A stretch of DNA of 64,000 nucleotides from Perna viridis. Its lineage: Eukaryota. Positions 54,201 to 64,000 of the stretch are shown here, one piece after another (the stretch's first letter is position 1; each line of letters begins with the position of its first letter). The position numbers were made by a program, and so were the translations under genes. Below the pieces are notes generated by a model, which saw only the letters and a program-made list of their open reading frames with translations, made no database searches and was not told the DNA's origin. The stretch lies in NCBI GenBank assembly GCA_037379345.1, contig CM074523.1, positions 9,599,507 to 9,663,506 on the forward strand. Direction: 5' to 3'.

Positions 54201-56939
54201 TCGTTTCGTTCTAAATGCAAGTTGACAGGACTTCCTTCGATTTGGAATGCCAAATCAAGTGTTCTTGGTTCCGTGTACGTGTCTTTGATGGACCGCTTTG
54301 AACGGTTGGTGGGTTTTATTTCTACCACTATTTCTGCTGCTTAAAAAAGGAAATTAAAAAATTTAAACGAAATGACGTTTTATACAGATTGCAAAATAAG
54401 CGAATATTTTTGTCACTGCTGAACAGACCTCATCATACTGTCACTAGATATAGGTCAAGGAGATCAGACATTAATGTTTATGCTATATCTAAAGAGACGG
54501 CATGATTGTTCAAGACGAATGACTGGGACAAATCAAATTATTTTTAGATAAACCTCACTTAAATCAGAAGTTAAAACAGCCCAAAACATTGATACTGGGC
54601 ATTTGCTGTGTTTAATTGTACGGTATTTTACTGTCTCAATCATAGTTTGAGACGTGACACATGAACTCATCCGCAAAAATACAATAAAATCTGTAGGAAG
54701 AAAAAAATATCATATCTTTTTCATTTGTGTTTGAAAATCAGTCAGAGGGTAGAACAATATCACATATTTTCTATTTGTGTTTGAAAATTTGACAGAAGTA
54801 GAATAAAATATCAAATCTTACCCATTTGTGTTTGATGAGGCTATTGAATATGTTATTTAGTTTGGTTACCCAATGAATTTTTTCATTCTTTCAGAATTAA
54901 ACTATATGAACAATGTGCTAATCAACATGAAACATACGATTTCAAGGTACATGTACTAAGCATATGATAAATGAATGCATGTACACAAAAAGGTTGCGTA
55001 CCGGTATGAAAAAAAGATCAACGTACATATCATGTATATTGCACGACAGTACTTGCATCATGACCTTGTTGATAAACGGACCGAATGGATCTGATATACA
55101 TAGCAACATACTGGATACCATGTGAGGAAAGAATCATAATCATAGTGCTTCTCGACTTCGACGGGCTTCCTAACAAAATGTGATGTACGTGTTCCTAATC
55201 TTATCCACATAGTTGGTTAAATAGTTCCTCCAAAGAAAAAAGTCGGTAATGGAACGTTCCGAGACAACTGCAGCAAGTGTGCACATAGAAATTATCGATT
55301 GTTCTATTACATTCTCGGCAGATGCCCCCATTGTTATAAAGAATCTCGGTGACGAGCTCCATAATGAAATACCAATGTCTGGTATGAATCTGCCAGTGAT
55401 TGATTTTCTTATATAGTTTGGTAACACAGCAAACCTGATATGCACATGGCCTTGACGTATATTAGTGTCAATCCAGAATCAGAAAACGAAAATGCATTCA
55501 GAAAAAAACACCAAGCTAATTATTGTAATTTGAGAGACAAATATGTACAATTTTGAATTAGACTAATAGCGAGTTTTACTAGCAAAACAGGCAGAGACTG
55601 CCCTTTTGTTTTGCTGGGTCCCCATTGATCATTTAACATATGCCTTTCTGTGTTTGTCGTTGTTGTTGACGTCTTAAATTATTCATTTTTCATTCACTAA
55701 TATACTTTCAACCTGTCTATGTATTTATTAATTGATTACATTTGCAGTAATTGAATGTCTGCTGTTTGGAAGAAAAGAGTATTATTTTCAACAACTTCCA
55801 ACCTACTCTTATATTTCCGCTACATCGGATCTTTCTCTCGAGGAAATGAAATCTAGACTGTTCCTACAACATGAATTTAGAATATTGGGACAAACTAGCA
55901 TTGAGAAATGGAAGACATTTCATCCATGTTCTGACGTTCAGAACCTTCCATGCAACCGTTTTGTTCATTAATAGTTACTGGTAATTTATAGCATTTTAGA
56001 AAGTTAGACACAACGGCAATAATATAAAACCACACCGCAACATTATCACTGAAGGAGCAATCGATCAGATAAGCAGGATCCTGGATAAACATTTAGTGCA
56101 TGGCATCAAACATAACTGTGTAACTGGAAAGACACTATTAGTAGACAAATAACATGAGGTGGGCAGTTATTTTCACCTGTCTTGTGATAAGTGCGGTGTA
56201 CATTTTTAATGAGCTATTTTTATTGTGTTTATTTCAAGCTCTGGGGAAATGCATTAATAGTCTTTCTCCGGGTAAGCTCTACCGATCAGACCATCGGTAT
56301 TCCCATGTTAGATTGCAAAACATGTCAATCGTTTCAATAGATTCGCGAGAGCTTTTATTCTTGCTTCATAATTCATTACAGTTTTAATATTTATTCCAAT
56401 ATTTACCATTTTCGAATACAGAAATGTCGACGAAGTAGGGTTCAGAACTCTCATTTCAGTATTCGTTTCCCTTCTAACATACATTTAAATGTTCAAATTA
56501 AGATGAAAAAAATAAGGAATGTTTGTGATCTAAATCAACATGAGTTAAATGACTCATTCTGCCATGTATTCCTATTTTCTCTTTTCCAGCGTTCAATTTA
56601 AAGTTCTATAATTTAGGTCGCTGAAAGATGAAACAATCCTCATTTTAAAAAAATATATTTATTTTTGTTAAAGAAAATCACGAATCAGGAAAACGGGTTA
56701 ACAGGTTTTTGAAGATTTGTATTGTTTTATTGTCGACTTTAGAAGTGAATATGGTAAAAAGAAACTACCAACAGTCAAGTATGTAGAATCTGATACAGCT
56801 TAACGACAAAAAAAATCATATCAGTTACAATCTAAGGTCATAAAATATTACCTGAAGGTGAATAAACCAAATCGTCAGAAATTCTTAACCATGCCGAAGT
56901 CAACGTCATCCATGATAAAATTATAATAGTTTTATCCAT
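33954..56939 (-). CDS. Gene A: membrane-anchored MIG-17/ADAMTS-like (M12B reprolysin) metalloprotease, 24 coding exons, 1197 aa
   Basis: All exons below have GT-AG boundaries and mutually consistent phases, summing to 3594 nt with no internal stop; SP - pro - M12B - 3x(Cys-rich + PLAC-like) - mucin - TM - Tyr-motif tail. Confidence 0.88.
34213..34322 (-). CDS. Gene A exon 23: transmembrane helix
   Basis: GNMILIPIFAVVGGMVVLVVVTITACIACRRKQLKSE; donor position conserved in B. Confidence 0.85.
34950..35180 (-). CDS. Gene A exon 22: second mucin-like exon (symmetric phase 1-1, may be optional)
   Basis: ttttcag|AA GCA ACA...TCC TTA G|gtgag, 231 nt open; paralogous to the 3' part of exon 21. Confidence 0.55.
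35782..36546 (-). CDS. Gene A exon 21: PLAC-like module 3 + mucin stalk
   Basis: DCLYGDYVEPVYTNGETCSIAYRNNPNVCNYHPERCCKTC, then about 210 aa Thr/Ser-rich; 765 nt. Confidence 0.88.
37377..37577 (-). mobile_element. Penelope-like family 3' end fragment
   Basis: Same terminal sequence as about 29237-29435, reverse orientation. Confidence 0.85.
37851..38092. mobile_element. MITE with internal cacgtgaa/cacatgaa repeats
   Basis: TIR tacagaggcagatatttttcac / gtgaaataattttgcctatgta; related remnants at about 14790-14846 and 45132-45260. Confidence 0.7.
38387..38438 (-). CDS. Gene A exon 20
   Basis: WCIAGVCKSDIDAPVAD, 52 nt; B copy 9595-9646. Confidence 0.88.
39140..39259 (-). CDS. Gene A exon 19: Cys-rich module 3
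   Basis: GIYKGNYSSICAHLWCSNPSNPENCVSIQANDRTLCDTKK, 120 nt. Confidence 0.9.
40590..40795 (-). CDS. Gene A exon 18: PLAC-like 2 + start of Cys-rich 3
   Basis: NCLYGDNIGKVFSNGWTCQQMYKTAPQDCQYAERECCKTCKPHSALRNITDPDQLCKGIVGKSSFLCR, 206 nt. Confidence 0.9.
41149..41200 (-). CDS. Gene A exon 17
   Basis: VCVSSACKSDINAPTAD, 52 nt. Confidence 0.85.
41553..41672 (-). CDS. Gene A exon 16: Cys-rich module 2
   Basis: DRYNGNYTSICDSLWCKDPTRNSHCIDYIAGDGTLCGDKK, 120 nt. Confidence 0.9.
42002..42593 (+). mobile_element. Two adjacent Penelope-like 3' fragments (about 42002-42208 and 42404-42593)
   Basis: Both match the 3' UTR at 29165-29435; separated by about 195 bp of unrelated sequence. Confidence 0.8.
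42633..42838 (-). CDS. Gene A exon 15: PLAC-like 1 + start of Cys-rich 2
   Basis: KCLYGNKIGGVFRNGWTCKQMYKAAPRNCHLVEHECCKTCQPLFALNGISNPDEFCKRLLGNSSYFCR, 206 nt. Confidence 0.9.
43266..43317 (-). CDS. Gene A exon 14
   Basis: MCLAGVCKINERAKPGN, 52 nt. Confidence 0.85.
44411..44530 (-). CDS. Gene A exon 13: Cys-rich module 1
   Basis: DRYHGNFTSICNGMMCADPNNRTYCFNHIPGDGTQCGDKK (DGTxCG motif), 120 nt. Confidence 0.9.
44552..44955 (-). mobile_element. SINE-like element copy 2 (3'-truncated), inverted relative to 50117-50626
   Basis: Near-identical reverse complement of 50117-50518. Confidence 0.88.
45808..45952 (-). CDS. Gene A exon 12: end of catalytic domain, start of ADAMTS disintegrin-like/Cys-rich module
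   Basis: KEANCLREQGPKYDPTALTPFNNQFPGEMYDADEQCRHIHGRRSFFCR (PG..YDADEQC signature). Confidence 0.92.
46576..46740 (-). CDS. Gene A exon 11: third Zn ligand and Met-turn
   Basis: LSAEHDGKGNVCDGEDGFVMAAVSSIHKGVTATNPWKFSSCSTNYFTTKLDSLD. Confidence 0.93.
46955..47060 (-). CDS. Gene A exon 10: HExxH
   Basis: [36 protein letters not shown]. Confidence 0.93.
48292..48329 (-). CDS. Gene A exon 9
   Basis: YDLTRNGSSNNI, 38 nt; B copy 17347-17385 is 39 nt. Confidence 0.85.
49041..49195 (-). CDS. Gene A exon 8
   Basis: TETDSTWTEGIKNTTKERVSIDSDNSLERFREWIKQKPEPLPEMDHSMLFT (L..F..W and DH.ML.T reprolysin motifs). Confidence 0.9.
49375..49452 (-). CDS. Gene A exon 7
   Basis: MDAAYKNIQTSAYTISVVFGGLIVAK, 78 nt. 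Confidence 0.88.
50117..50626 (+). mobile_element. SINE-like element copy 1 (apparently full length, structured head, Deu-like core)
   Basis: 9-bp TSD taaaaagtg at 50108-50116 and 50627-50635; (caaa)n tail after ggacgttaaac; core gcacgttaaagaaccc..ttcgataggagtagg resembles the Deu-SINE domain (from memory). Confidence 0.85.
51276..51369 (-). CDS. Gene A exon 6
   Basis: WYDLSRKSSDAEKVEDAYKSIRQYYAFVING, 94 nt. Confidence 0.88.
51701..51818 (-). CDS. Gene A exon 5: furin site and start of catalytic domain
   Basis: TINDTNTSTEHVSDHRQKR/AAGSYNVELLIVSDYSVYQ. Confidence 0.9.
52461..52605 (-). CDS. Gene A exon 4: prodomain
   Basis: IGRFKGQFNWYTIQSKDTDSATLDPGYHKFDIRTEKIVLIANDADFID; B copy 20921-21065. 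Confidence 0.88.
52737..52953 (+). mobile_element. Diverged Penelope-like 3' end fragment
   Basis: gtatttctagaacagcagatgatgcttac...cacctggtccatg...cccttgattactcttt. Confidence 0.75.
53011..53088 (-). CDS. Gene A exon 3: prodomain
   Basis: VTTFYQDKNTGSSFAVQRIDDTNINM, 78 nt, phase 0-0. Confidence 0.78.
54125..54339 (-). CDS. Gene A exon 2: M12B propeptide
   Basis: AEIVVEIKPTNRSKRSIKDTYTEPRTLDLAFQIEGSPVNLHLERNDGVNTNLPVTVFENGNLRKRSLQDEE (RxKR and L.L.L.RN motifs). Confidence 0.88.
56852..56939 (-). CDS. Gene A exon 1: signal peptide
   Basis: MDKTIIILSWMTLTSAWLRISDDLVYSPS|gtaat; B copy 25074-25161 starts with TTG. Confidence 0.82.
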
Positions 56940-57139
56940 AACGTGAATTCTGTGAAATTCGGATATCAAAAAAAGCTTCACAAATCTGATTCAATGCAAT
57001 TATTCGTGTACAAAGAAAAAGACTTAAATTTATCAAAAGTCTTTATTCCTTCCACCAATAATTACATTTCCTGCTTAATTACTTTTTTTCAGTTATCGCA
57101 ATGAAAAAAAGAGTTTAAAATGAAGTAGATCAACAGTCA

Positions 57140-57450
57140 GGTTAATTATAAAAGCACATTGTTAAACCATCACTTCATTTGGAATTGAAACAACGAGTAA
57201 TTAATCTGTAGAAGTGTTCCGCATACCACTGATAACGTACATTTGTATAACCATGACGTACCAAATGATAACCTAAAATGTATTATTTATTGATAACGAT
57301 AAAGGCTTGTGTTTTAATGTGGTTTTCAAAGGGTCACATAGGACACTTACTCAGAGGGCGAATGGCAAGAAAGAATTCTTAAACCTTCCTGGTTTTGTAA
57401 AACCAATATGTTAAACCAAATACAAACGCCATAAGTAATTTAGTCAGCAG
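57140..57450 (-). promoter_or_regulatory. Conserved upstream block of gene A: probable 5' UTR intron enhancer and non-coding first exon
   Basis: Aligns with B 25350-25700; conserved donor gtaagtgtc (57350 / 25599) and an acceptor just before the start codon (56950); shared GATAA, TGACGT and TGTGGT words. Confidence 0.5.
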
Positions 57451-57477
57451 ATAAGGGGATTAATCAATATCAAAAGT

Positions 57478-58335
57478 TGTTCTGCCTCCCAATTATTTGC
57501 TTCAAATAAAAGGACTACAGAGAAGTTAACCACTTTATTACATCGCAATCCTTACAAGTAGCATGGTACATGATATGCTGATGAACGATTGAAATGATGT
57601 GTATACGTAGTCAATTGATGGTAAGAAGCTGAAAAATACAAATAAAGCCCTATGTAACACCTAACTACTAAATATAGCATATAAATAACAATAACATACA
57701 AAGTATCAAAAAACACATTATGACACAAAAAGTCCTTCATACATGATACTTAAAAAATGTTCATAGTTCGACCAAAATATCATTCAAACATGTGAAAAGG
57801 TTGGACATACACTTAACTTTGTTCAAAGATCAGAAATATTCAAAAATCCAAAAATCAGTGCTTTTGCATTGATAAACTGGCTTTCCATACTTTTGGAAAC
57901 TCAAAAATAGAGGGGTGTTAGACAAAAACTTTACGAAAATTTAACAACGTGTTTATGGGTAAAAAGTGTGCAATGCTATACAATATTGTCTCAAATAAGA
58001 TATTGCAATCATGAATTCAAGGTAAGTAATGACGTAATCGATAATTTTAGCACAGGTAGGTATGTTGTCGAAATGACATAACAAAAAACGTTGAAACTTC
58101 AACCAAATGCATAAAACTTATCTATGTTCATAATACTAAATGCAGATATTAATAATTAATGCAAAAACTTACATTGTGCCGGGTTATGGCGACTATGTTT
58201 GGTTTGTTTACGTTTGCATTTTCACAAAAAATAGAGGATAGAGTCTGTAGGGGAATGAAACAAACAATTAATATAAAACAATATCAAGTGCACGAAGACG
58301 GACGGTGGAGTGTTAATAAATGCGGAGTCAGTACA
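57478..58335 (-). repeat. 3' LTR of the BEL/Pao element (858 bp)
   Basis: PPT aggcggggag, then TGTACTGACTCC ... GGAGGCAGAACA (10/12 inverted termini); AATAAA about 55 nt before the end. Confidence 0.85.
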
Positions 58336-61300
58336 CTCCCCGCCTGGCATCTTAAGTTTGCCACCTAAACATCAACTTTCTTTGGCAATAGTACTACCAG
58401 TTCGGTAACTGGTCTGACGAAATTGTACTTTTTCACACAATTATTGTCAATCGTACGAGCAATCTGTACCTCAGCTTTACGAACTAATTTGTCAGAACTT
58501 GGAAACACTTTCACAATAATTCCCATTGGCCAAGATAGACGGTTGACTTGTTTGTCTTTGAGCAACATAATATCTCCTTCACTGAGATTGTCAGACGGTT
58601 CAATCCATTTCCTACGACTTTGAAGCGACTGTAAATAATCTATACGTCATCGACGCCAAAACACATCAGCCAAATACTGAACTCTTTTCCACTGAGCGTG
58701 GTACATGTCTTTACAGTCATATGAAACGTCCTTTGGAATGAGCACATTCGGTTTTTGAGTTATCAGCAAAGACGGTGTGAGTGGGAATGGCTCATCAGAA
58801 TCTGACGAAACACAAGTTAGAGGTCGAGAGTTAATGATAGCCGACACTTCAGCAAGGAAAGTCACCAATACTTCGTGCGAGAGTTCTTTTTCGGGAAGCT
58901 GTGCCATCATTGAATCGAGGATGCGTCTAGTTGTTTGTATCATCCTTTCCCAGGAACCACCCATATGTGATGAGTGTGGGGAATTAAAATGCCACTCGAT
59001 ACCACTGTCAAACAAGTAGTCTTTGATCGGAGAGTCTTCGACACTAACTGCTTTTATGTCGAGATGATCAGTGGCTCCTACAAAATTAGTCCCACGATCA
59101 GAACGAATAAGTTTCACATCAACACGAATAGAGACGAATCTTTTGAAGGCGTTAATGAAACAGGAAGAGCTCATATCTTCAACAACTTCCAAATGAACGC
59201 CTCTTGTGGCCATACAAGTAAAGATTATCGCCCATCTCTTTGAATTAGCGACTCCGCCTCTCGTGCGTCGTGTTACCACAGACCACGGTTCAAAGGTGTC
59301 TATACCTACGGAGGTAAACGGCGGGTCAGGTTTTAGTCGGTCCTTTGGCAAATCAGCCATCATCTGTTGCTCAGTGCTACGACGCAGCTTTCTACACGTG
59401 ACACACTTGTGTAAAATCGACGAAACCAATCGCTTTTGCCCAACAATCCAATAGCCAGCACTTCTAATGGCTCCAGATGTCAAATGACGGCCTTGATGTT
59501 GAGTCGTAGAATGATAGAAACGCACTATTAAAGTTGCGATCCAGCCTTTACTTGGCAATATTATAGGGTTTCGTTCATTTTCACTCACATTTGCCATATT
59601 GATGCGGCCTCCTACACGAATGCATCCTGAAGAATCAATGAATGGGTTCAGACCAGCAAGACTGCTGCCTTTTCCGACAGGTAGTTTGTGTTTTAAAGAT
59701 TCTAATTCGTTTGCATAGAAATCTTGTTGAACGGCTTTGATGACGAATAACTCGGTCTCTCGAAATGATTCAGTTTTGTCCATAGACTTTCTTCTAGCAA
59801 TGACTTTAATCAAGAATGTGACTCCACGAATAAGCGATTTCCAAGATCCAAATCTACAGAAACGATCTTATCCTAACGATTTCTAACTACTAACACTTTT
59901 GTTACAGGAGATTTCCGGACGCCCTTCGTGGTCTTTTTCTGGGTCTTGAAGATCATATGAAGTGTCACTTTTAGAGAAATTCATTTCAACAGTAGACATT
60001 TTATCCGGCGGACCTTTTAAACACATACTTCTTTCGAGATTTTCCGCGTTGACTGACCGAGTTCCAATATCAGCTGGATTGCGTTCTGTGTGAACATATG
60101 ACCACTGTGTTGGTTTTGATAACTTATAAATCTTGGCGACTCTGTTGCTCACATATGTGTAAAATCTACGAGAAGAGTTGTATATGTAGCCTAAAACTAC
60201 TTTACTGTCAGTATGATATCTTATGTTCGTGAGCGGAATACTGAGTTGATCAGATATAGTCTGTCCTAACTCTGTCGCTAGAACTGCCCCTCATAATTCC
60301 AATCTCGGAATTGTATGTCCATGCTGAGGCGCGACCTTTGCCTTGCCCATGATAAATCCTAGTTCGGGTTTCTTACTATCAGATTCGAGCTGCAAATATC
60401 CAACGGCTGCTATAGCCTTCTCGGAGGCATCTGAGTAAATGTGTACAGTCTTGATTTCAGAAGAACTAAACGAAATCGATATGAACATTCTAGATATTCT
60501 CAGATTCTCTAATGCAAACAATGAGGTTCTCCAATCGTCCCACTGTTCGAACTGACTAGGCGGAAGTGGGTCGTCCCACGAAGAATCTCCAGATTGAGTC
60601 ATCACTGTTCGAAGAATAAGTTTTCCACGAACTGTCACAGGCGCTAAAAAGCCTAAAGGGTCGTATATGCTGTTTATTGTGGATAACATACCACGACGAG
60701 TATACGGTTTGATGCCGTTGTCAATTTGATACATGAAACTATCTGGGCTAAGATCCCAATTCATGCCTAGACTTCGTTGCACGGGATGAATTTCAGAGTC
60801 TAGATCCAAGTCCTTTAGTTCTTTCGTAAGGTCCTCAGAGTCGAAAGCGTTCATGACTTCCTCCTTATTCGAAGATATTTTATGCAGTCGCAAGCTACCA
60901 AATTTATGCAGCGCTTTTTGCGTCCTTTTCATCAAGTCTATCGCAGTTTCTGAAGTTGGCTGTGACGTTAATCCGTCGTCCACATAAAAATCTTTCGACA
61001 CAAAGTTTGTCATATCTGATCCAAATTCAAGTTTCCCTTCAAGAGCTGTCCAAAGCTGGCCACTGCTGGGCTCGGGCTATTGCCAAACACATGGACACGC
61101 ATTCTGTATATGGTAAGCGGTTTGGCAAAGTCATTGTCGGCATACCAAAAAAATCTTAGGTAATCTCTGTGTTCTATGTTCTTTGAATGTATAAAACATT
61201 TGTTCAATATCTCCCATCATAGCTACGGGTTCTTTCCTGAATCGAAGCAAGACGCCTAAAAGACTGCTCGTTAAGTCCTGACCACTCAAGAGTACATCAT

Positions 61301-64000
61301 TTAGAGATATGTTATCGTACTTCGCCGATGAGTCGAAAACTGCTCGGAGTTGTCCAGGTTTTTTGGGGTGGTAAACACCGAAGATAGGTAAATACCACTG
61401 TTCTTGGTCTTGATCAATTTCTGGTGCAATTTCCGCATTACCTTTGTCGAGTATACCTTTCATAAAGGTGAAGAAATGTTCTCGTTTATCTTGATCTTTA
61501 CGCAGATTAGCATCCAACATTCTCGCTCTCTTCAACGCTTGAGTTTTGTTATTAGGCAGACGAGGTCGTTCAAAACGGAACGGAAGTGGGGCTGTCCAAT
61601 TGTTGTCGTCGTATTTCTGAAAATGTTCGTCCATTATACCAATAAACTCTCTATCATCTCTCGATAGTCCCGGTTTATCATCATCGACGGTACGTACGAA
61701 AAGATTTCCGCCTAATCCACTGGCTTTCGATTCCAAAATTGCAGTTTTCTCAACCTTCAGATCGTTTTCACACGGCGAAAATATTGAAAGTCGCTCGGTA
61801 GCACACCAGTATGCCTTCTTGACACGAGCTTCGTCTGGATAATGTTGTTTTCCGAGACACGTTTCTCCAATTATGGTCCACCCTAGAGGAAGTTTTTGCG
61901 CATAAGGAGAGTCGTGAGGTTCTACTATCTGATCCTGCACATGGTGTGCTTCTATCAAGTCACGACCGATAAGGAGAAGTATCTTAGACTCTGCATTCAA
62001 TGGAGGAATGAACTTGGTGATATCTCGCAAATGAGGATGATATTTAGCGACTTCAGGAACTGGAATTTCATCTGGCGTATCCAGTAACTGATCATTTTCT
62101 AATATACTAGGCAACTCCAGTTCAGTGTTTTGATCGAGAGTTTCTACTACAAGTCCTTCAAGCTTCCTTCCAAAGATTTGAGACTTGGCATTACACGTAG
62201 AGAGTATGTAATCAGACATACTAGTTGATCCAAAATAATCAAAGAGTTCTGACTTTCCAAGTGTCCTATTTGATTGATCATCAAGAAGTGCATACACTTG
62301 TAATTTTCTGTGGGGTTCATCTCTCAAGAATACGTTCACTAGCACAATCTTGGCACATGACTTGCCTCCAAATCTATCATGACATATTTGTGTACACTTG
62401 GCGTTGACTGTTTTTTCTGGTCCTTTATCTTGACCCTGACCTGAGTCATTCGATGGCTCCCCACCATGCTTTGTAGAGCCTACGTTTCTCTGATTTCTAT
62501 CCTTGTGGACGTGAAGAGCCGTAGCATGATCAGTCTTTTCACAATAACGACATTTGACAGTTTCATGGCAATCACGTGATATATGAGAGTTCGAATTGCA
62601 ACATCGGAAGCATATTCTGTTTTGTCTTTCTATCTTGTATCGATTTCGAAAGAAATGCTCTACAGTCATTTAACGAATGATTTGAGCCATGAATCGGACA
62701 TCTTTCCTGGTTTCCACTAGATATAGCCATATTGTTAGTCTCTACTTGTTCTACTGACTCATTTCTACGAACTATTAGCATTGAAAGGTTTACTCCTTGT
62801 GGCTACGGCATTCCTCTGTGTCGTTTCAGACGAAAAGCATGGATTGTTCTTTATCGTGCTCTGTTTATGAACAAAGTCAGCAAATATCCTAAAAGGCGGA
62901 TAAATAGTACCATTCCTTTCATTGTAATCAACCGCGGTACGAGTCCATCTCTCTTGTAGGTGAATAGGAAGTTTACCAACTATGGGTTTCACTCCTACGG
63001 AACAATCGAAGTATGAAAAAAGACATCCATAGCTTTCATTTTCCTTTATAGAGACGATCTCTGCCAAAATATCTGACAGTACATATAATTTCGAGTAGTC
63101 ATTTGTGATTCGTGGAAAGTTATCAAGTTTCTTTCTAATCGCTTGATCGATGTGTTCGGGGCTGCCATATCGTTCGTCTAATCTAGCCCAAATTAGTCTT
63201 ACAGCCTTTTCTGGATCGTATGTGTTTGCTGCTTTTATGCTCTGAACATGTGATCGAGATTCAGATCCGGTCCATTTCACAAGAAGATCAATTTCTTCTG
63301 ACGCATCAACTCGGATTTCATTGACTATTTTCTTGAAACTAGACTTCCATGAAGGAAAGAATTCAGGACGATCATCAAAGGTATTGAATCTTAAGTGTAG
63401 TAGGTCACGTTTCAACAAAAACGAAGTGAAGTCTGATGCAATCGATTGTATTTTGTGATTGTTGTTAGTATCAGGATATTCGTGCTCTTTCTGATTGTCA
63501 TTGACGGAATTAGGCACAAATGGAGCTGAATTTGGATTCAAATGTGACGAAAACGTAGAAGTAGCAGGCTCAGAATCAAATCGAGTTCGAGGTAAATGAA
63601 AGCTGATTGTCGGTTTATCACGTTTCGATGAAGTTTTGTCCAATACAGGAGGTGTCGAATCTTTAGAAGTTTTTGGATCATTTACAAACGTAACGGGTGC
63701 TAAACGATCGACGTACACTGCTGTCTTTATCTTAGCGTCAAGCGGCGGTTCATAAATGACTTGTGACAGATCCTCCTCAAACTCGGATTCTAAAACACCC
63801 ACGACGGCTTCGGTAGCTGCAGCTTCCTTTTTCATTGAAAGTAAGTCCAAATCCGCTTTCAAATCAGCCTTATGTTTAACTAGCCTAGCTACTTCAACAG
63901 TTTCTTGCATTTCTAACAGTGCATTTTCTTTCAGCAGTGCAGCTTCCTTTTCTGCATAGAAAGCTCTAATTTTTGCTTCTTCAGCCCTGGCCTTTGCCAT
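57478..64000 (-). mobile_element. BEL/Pao LTR retrotransposon (gag-pol, several stops/frameshifts; 5' end outside window)
   Basis: Gag (62765-64000) then three zinc knuckles CPIHGSNHSLNDC, CFRCCNSNSHISRDC, CRYCEKTDHATALH; protease ALLDDQSNRT; RT LRAVFDSS and FYVDD; RNase H YSDASE..IPRLEL; integrase HHCC, SDRGTNFVG, GGSWER; C-terminal WPMGII..RPVTELV. Confidence 0.96.

Noticed and set aside
55170-56390. Several 65-91 aa ORFs in intron 1 of gene A
   Set aside because: No recognisable motif or splice-consistent frame; possibly an old insertion, needs blastx.
33954-56939. Assigning a specific ADAMTS or mig-17 gene symbol
   Set aside because: No TSP1 or spacer domains, and orthology cannot be established without a phylogeny.
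57577-57600. ctgatga..gaaa hammerhead-like core in the LTR (ctgatga also at 9891, 18486, 22261)
   Set aside because: The flanking stems needed for a hammerhead fold could not be formed.
58777-63959. Plus-strand ORFs over the retrotransposon
   Set aside because: Antisense shadows of the gag-pol frame.

Overview
AT-rich, intron-rich animal genomic DNA; the repeat content suggests a bivalve mollusc (inference). The ORF track is mostly noise because the genes are spliced. From splice sites and phases I built a complete 24-coding-exon minus-strand gene (A, ATG 56939 to stop 33954, 3594 nt, 1197 aa). It encodes a MIG-17/ADAMTS-like M12B zinc metalloprotease with no TSP1 repeats: signal peptide, furin-cleaved prodomain, catalytic domain (HELGHSLSAEHD), three [ADAMTS Cys-rich/disintegrin-like + PLAC-like] units, a Ser/Thr mucin stalk, a TM helix and a short tail with an ITAM-spaced YxxI-x7-YxxL motif. 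A tandem copy (B, about 4260-25600, minus) is a pseudogene. The TM exon of a possible third, convergent copy is at 679-821 (+). Mobile DNA includes a BEL/Pao LTR element just upstream of gene A, a decayed CR1-type LINE with a nested Penelope-like fragment, further Penelope-like fragments, several MITEs, and two inverted copies of a highly structured SINE-like element that bracket the catalytic exons of gene A. All calls are by eye; no database search was run.
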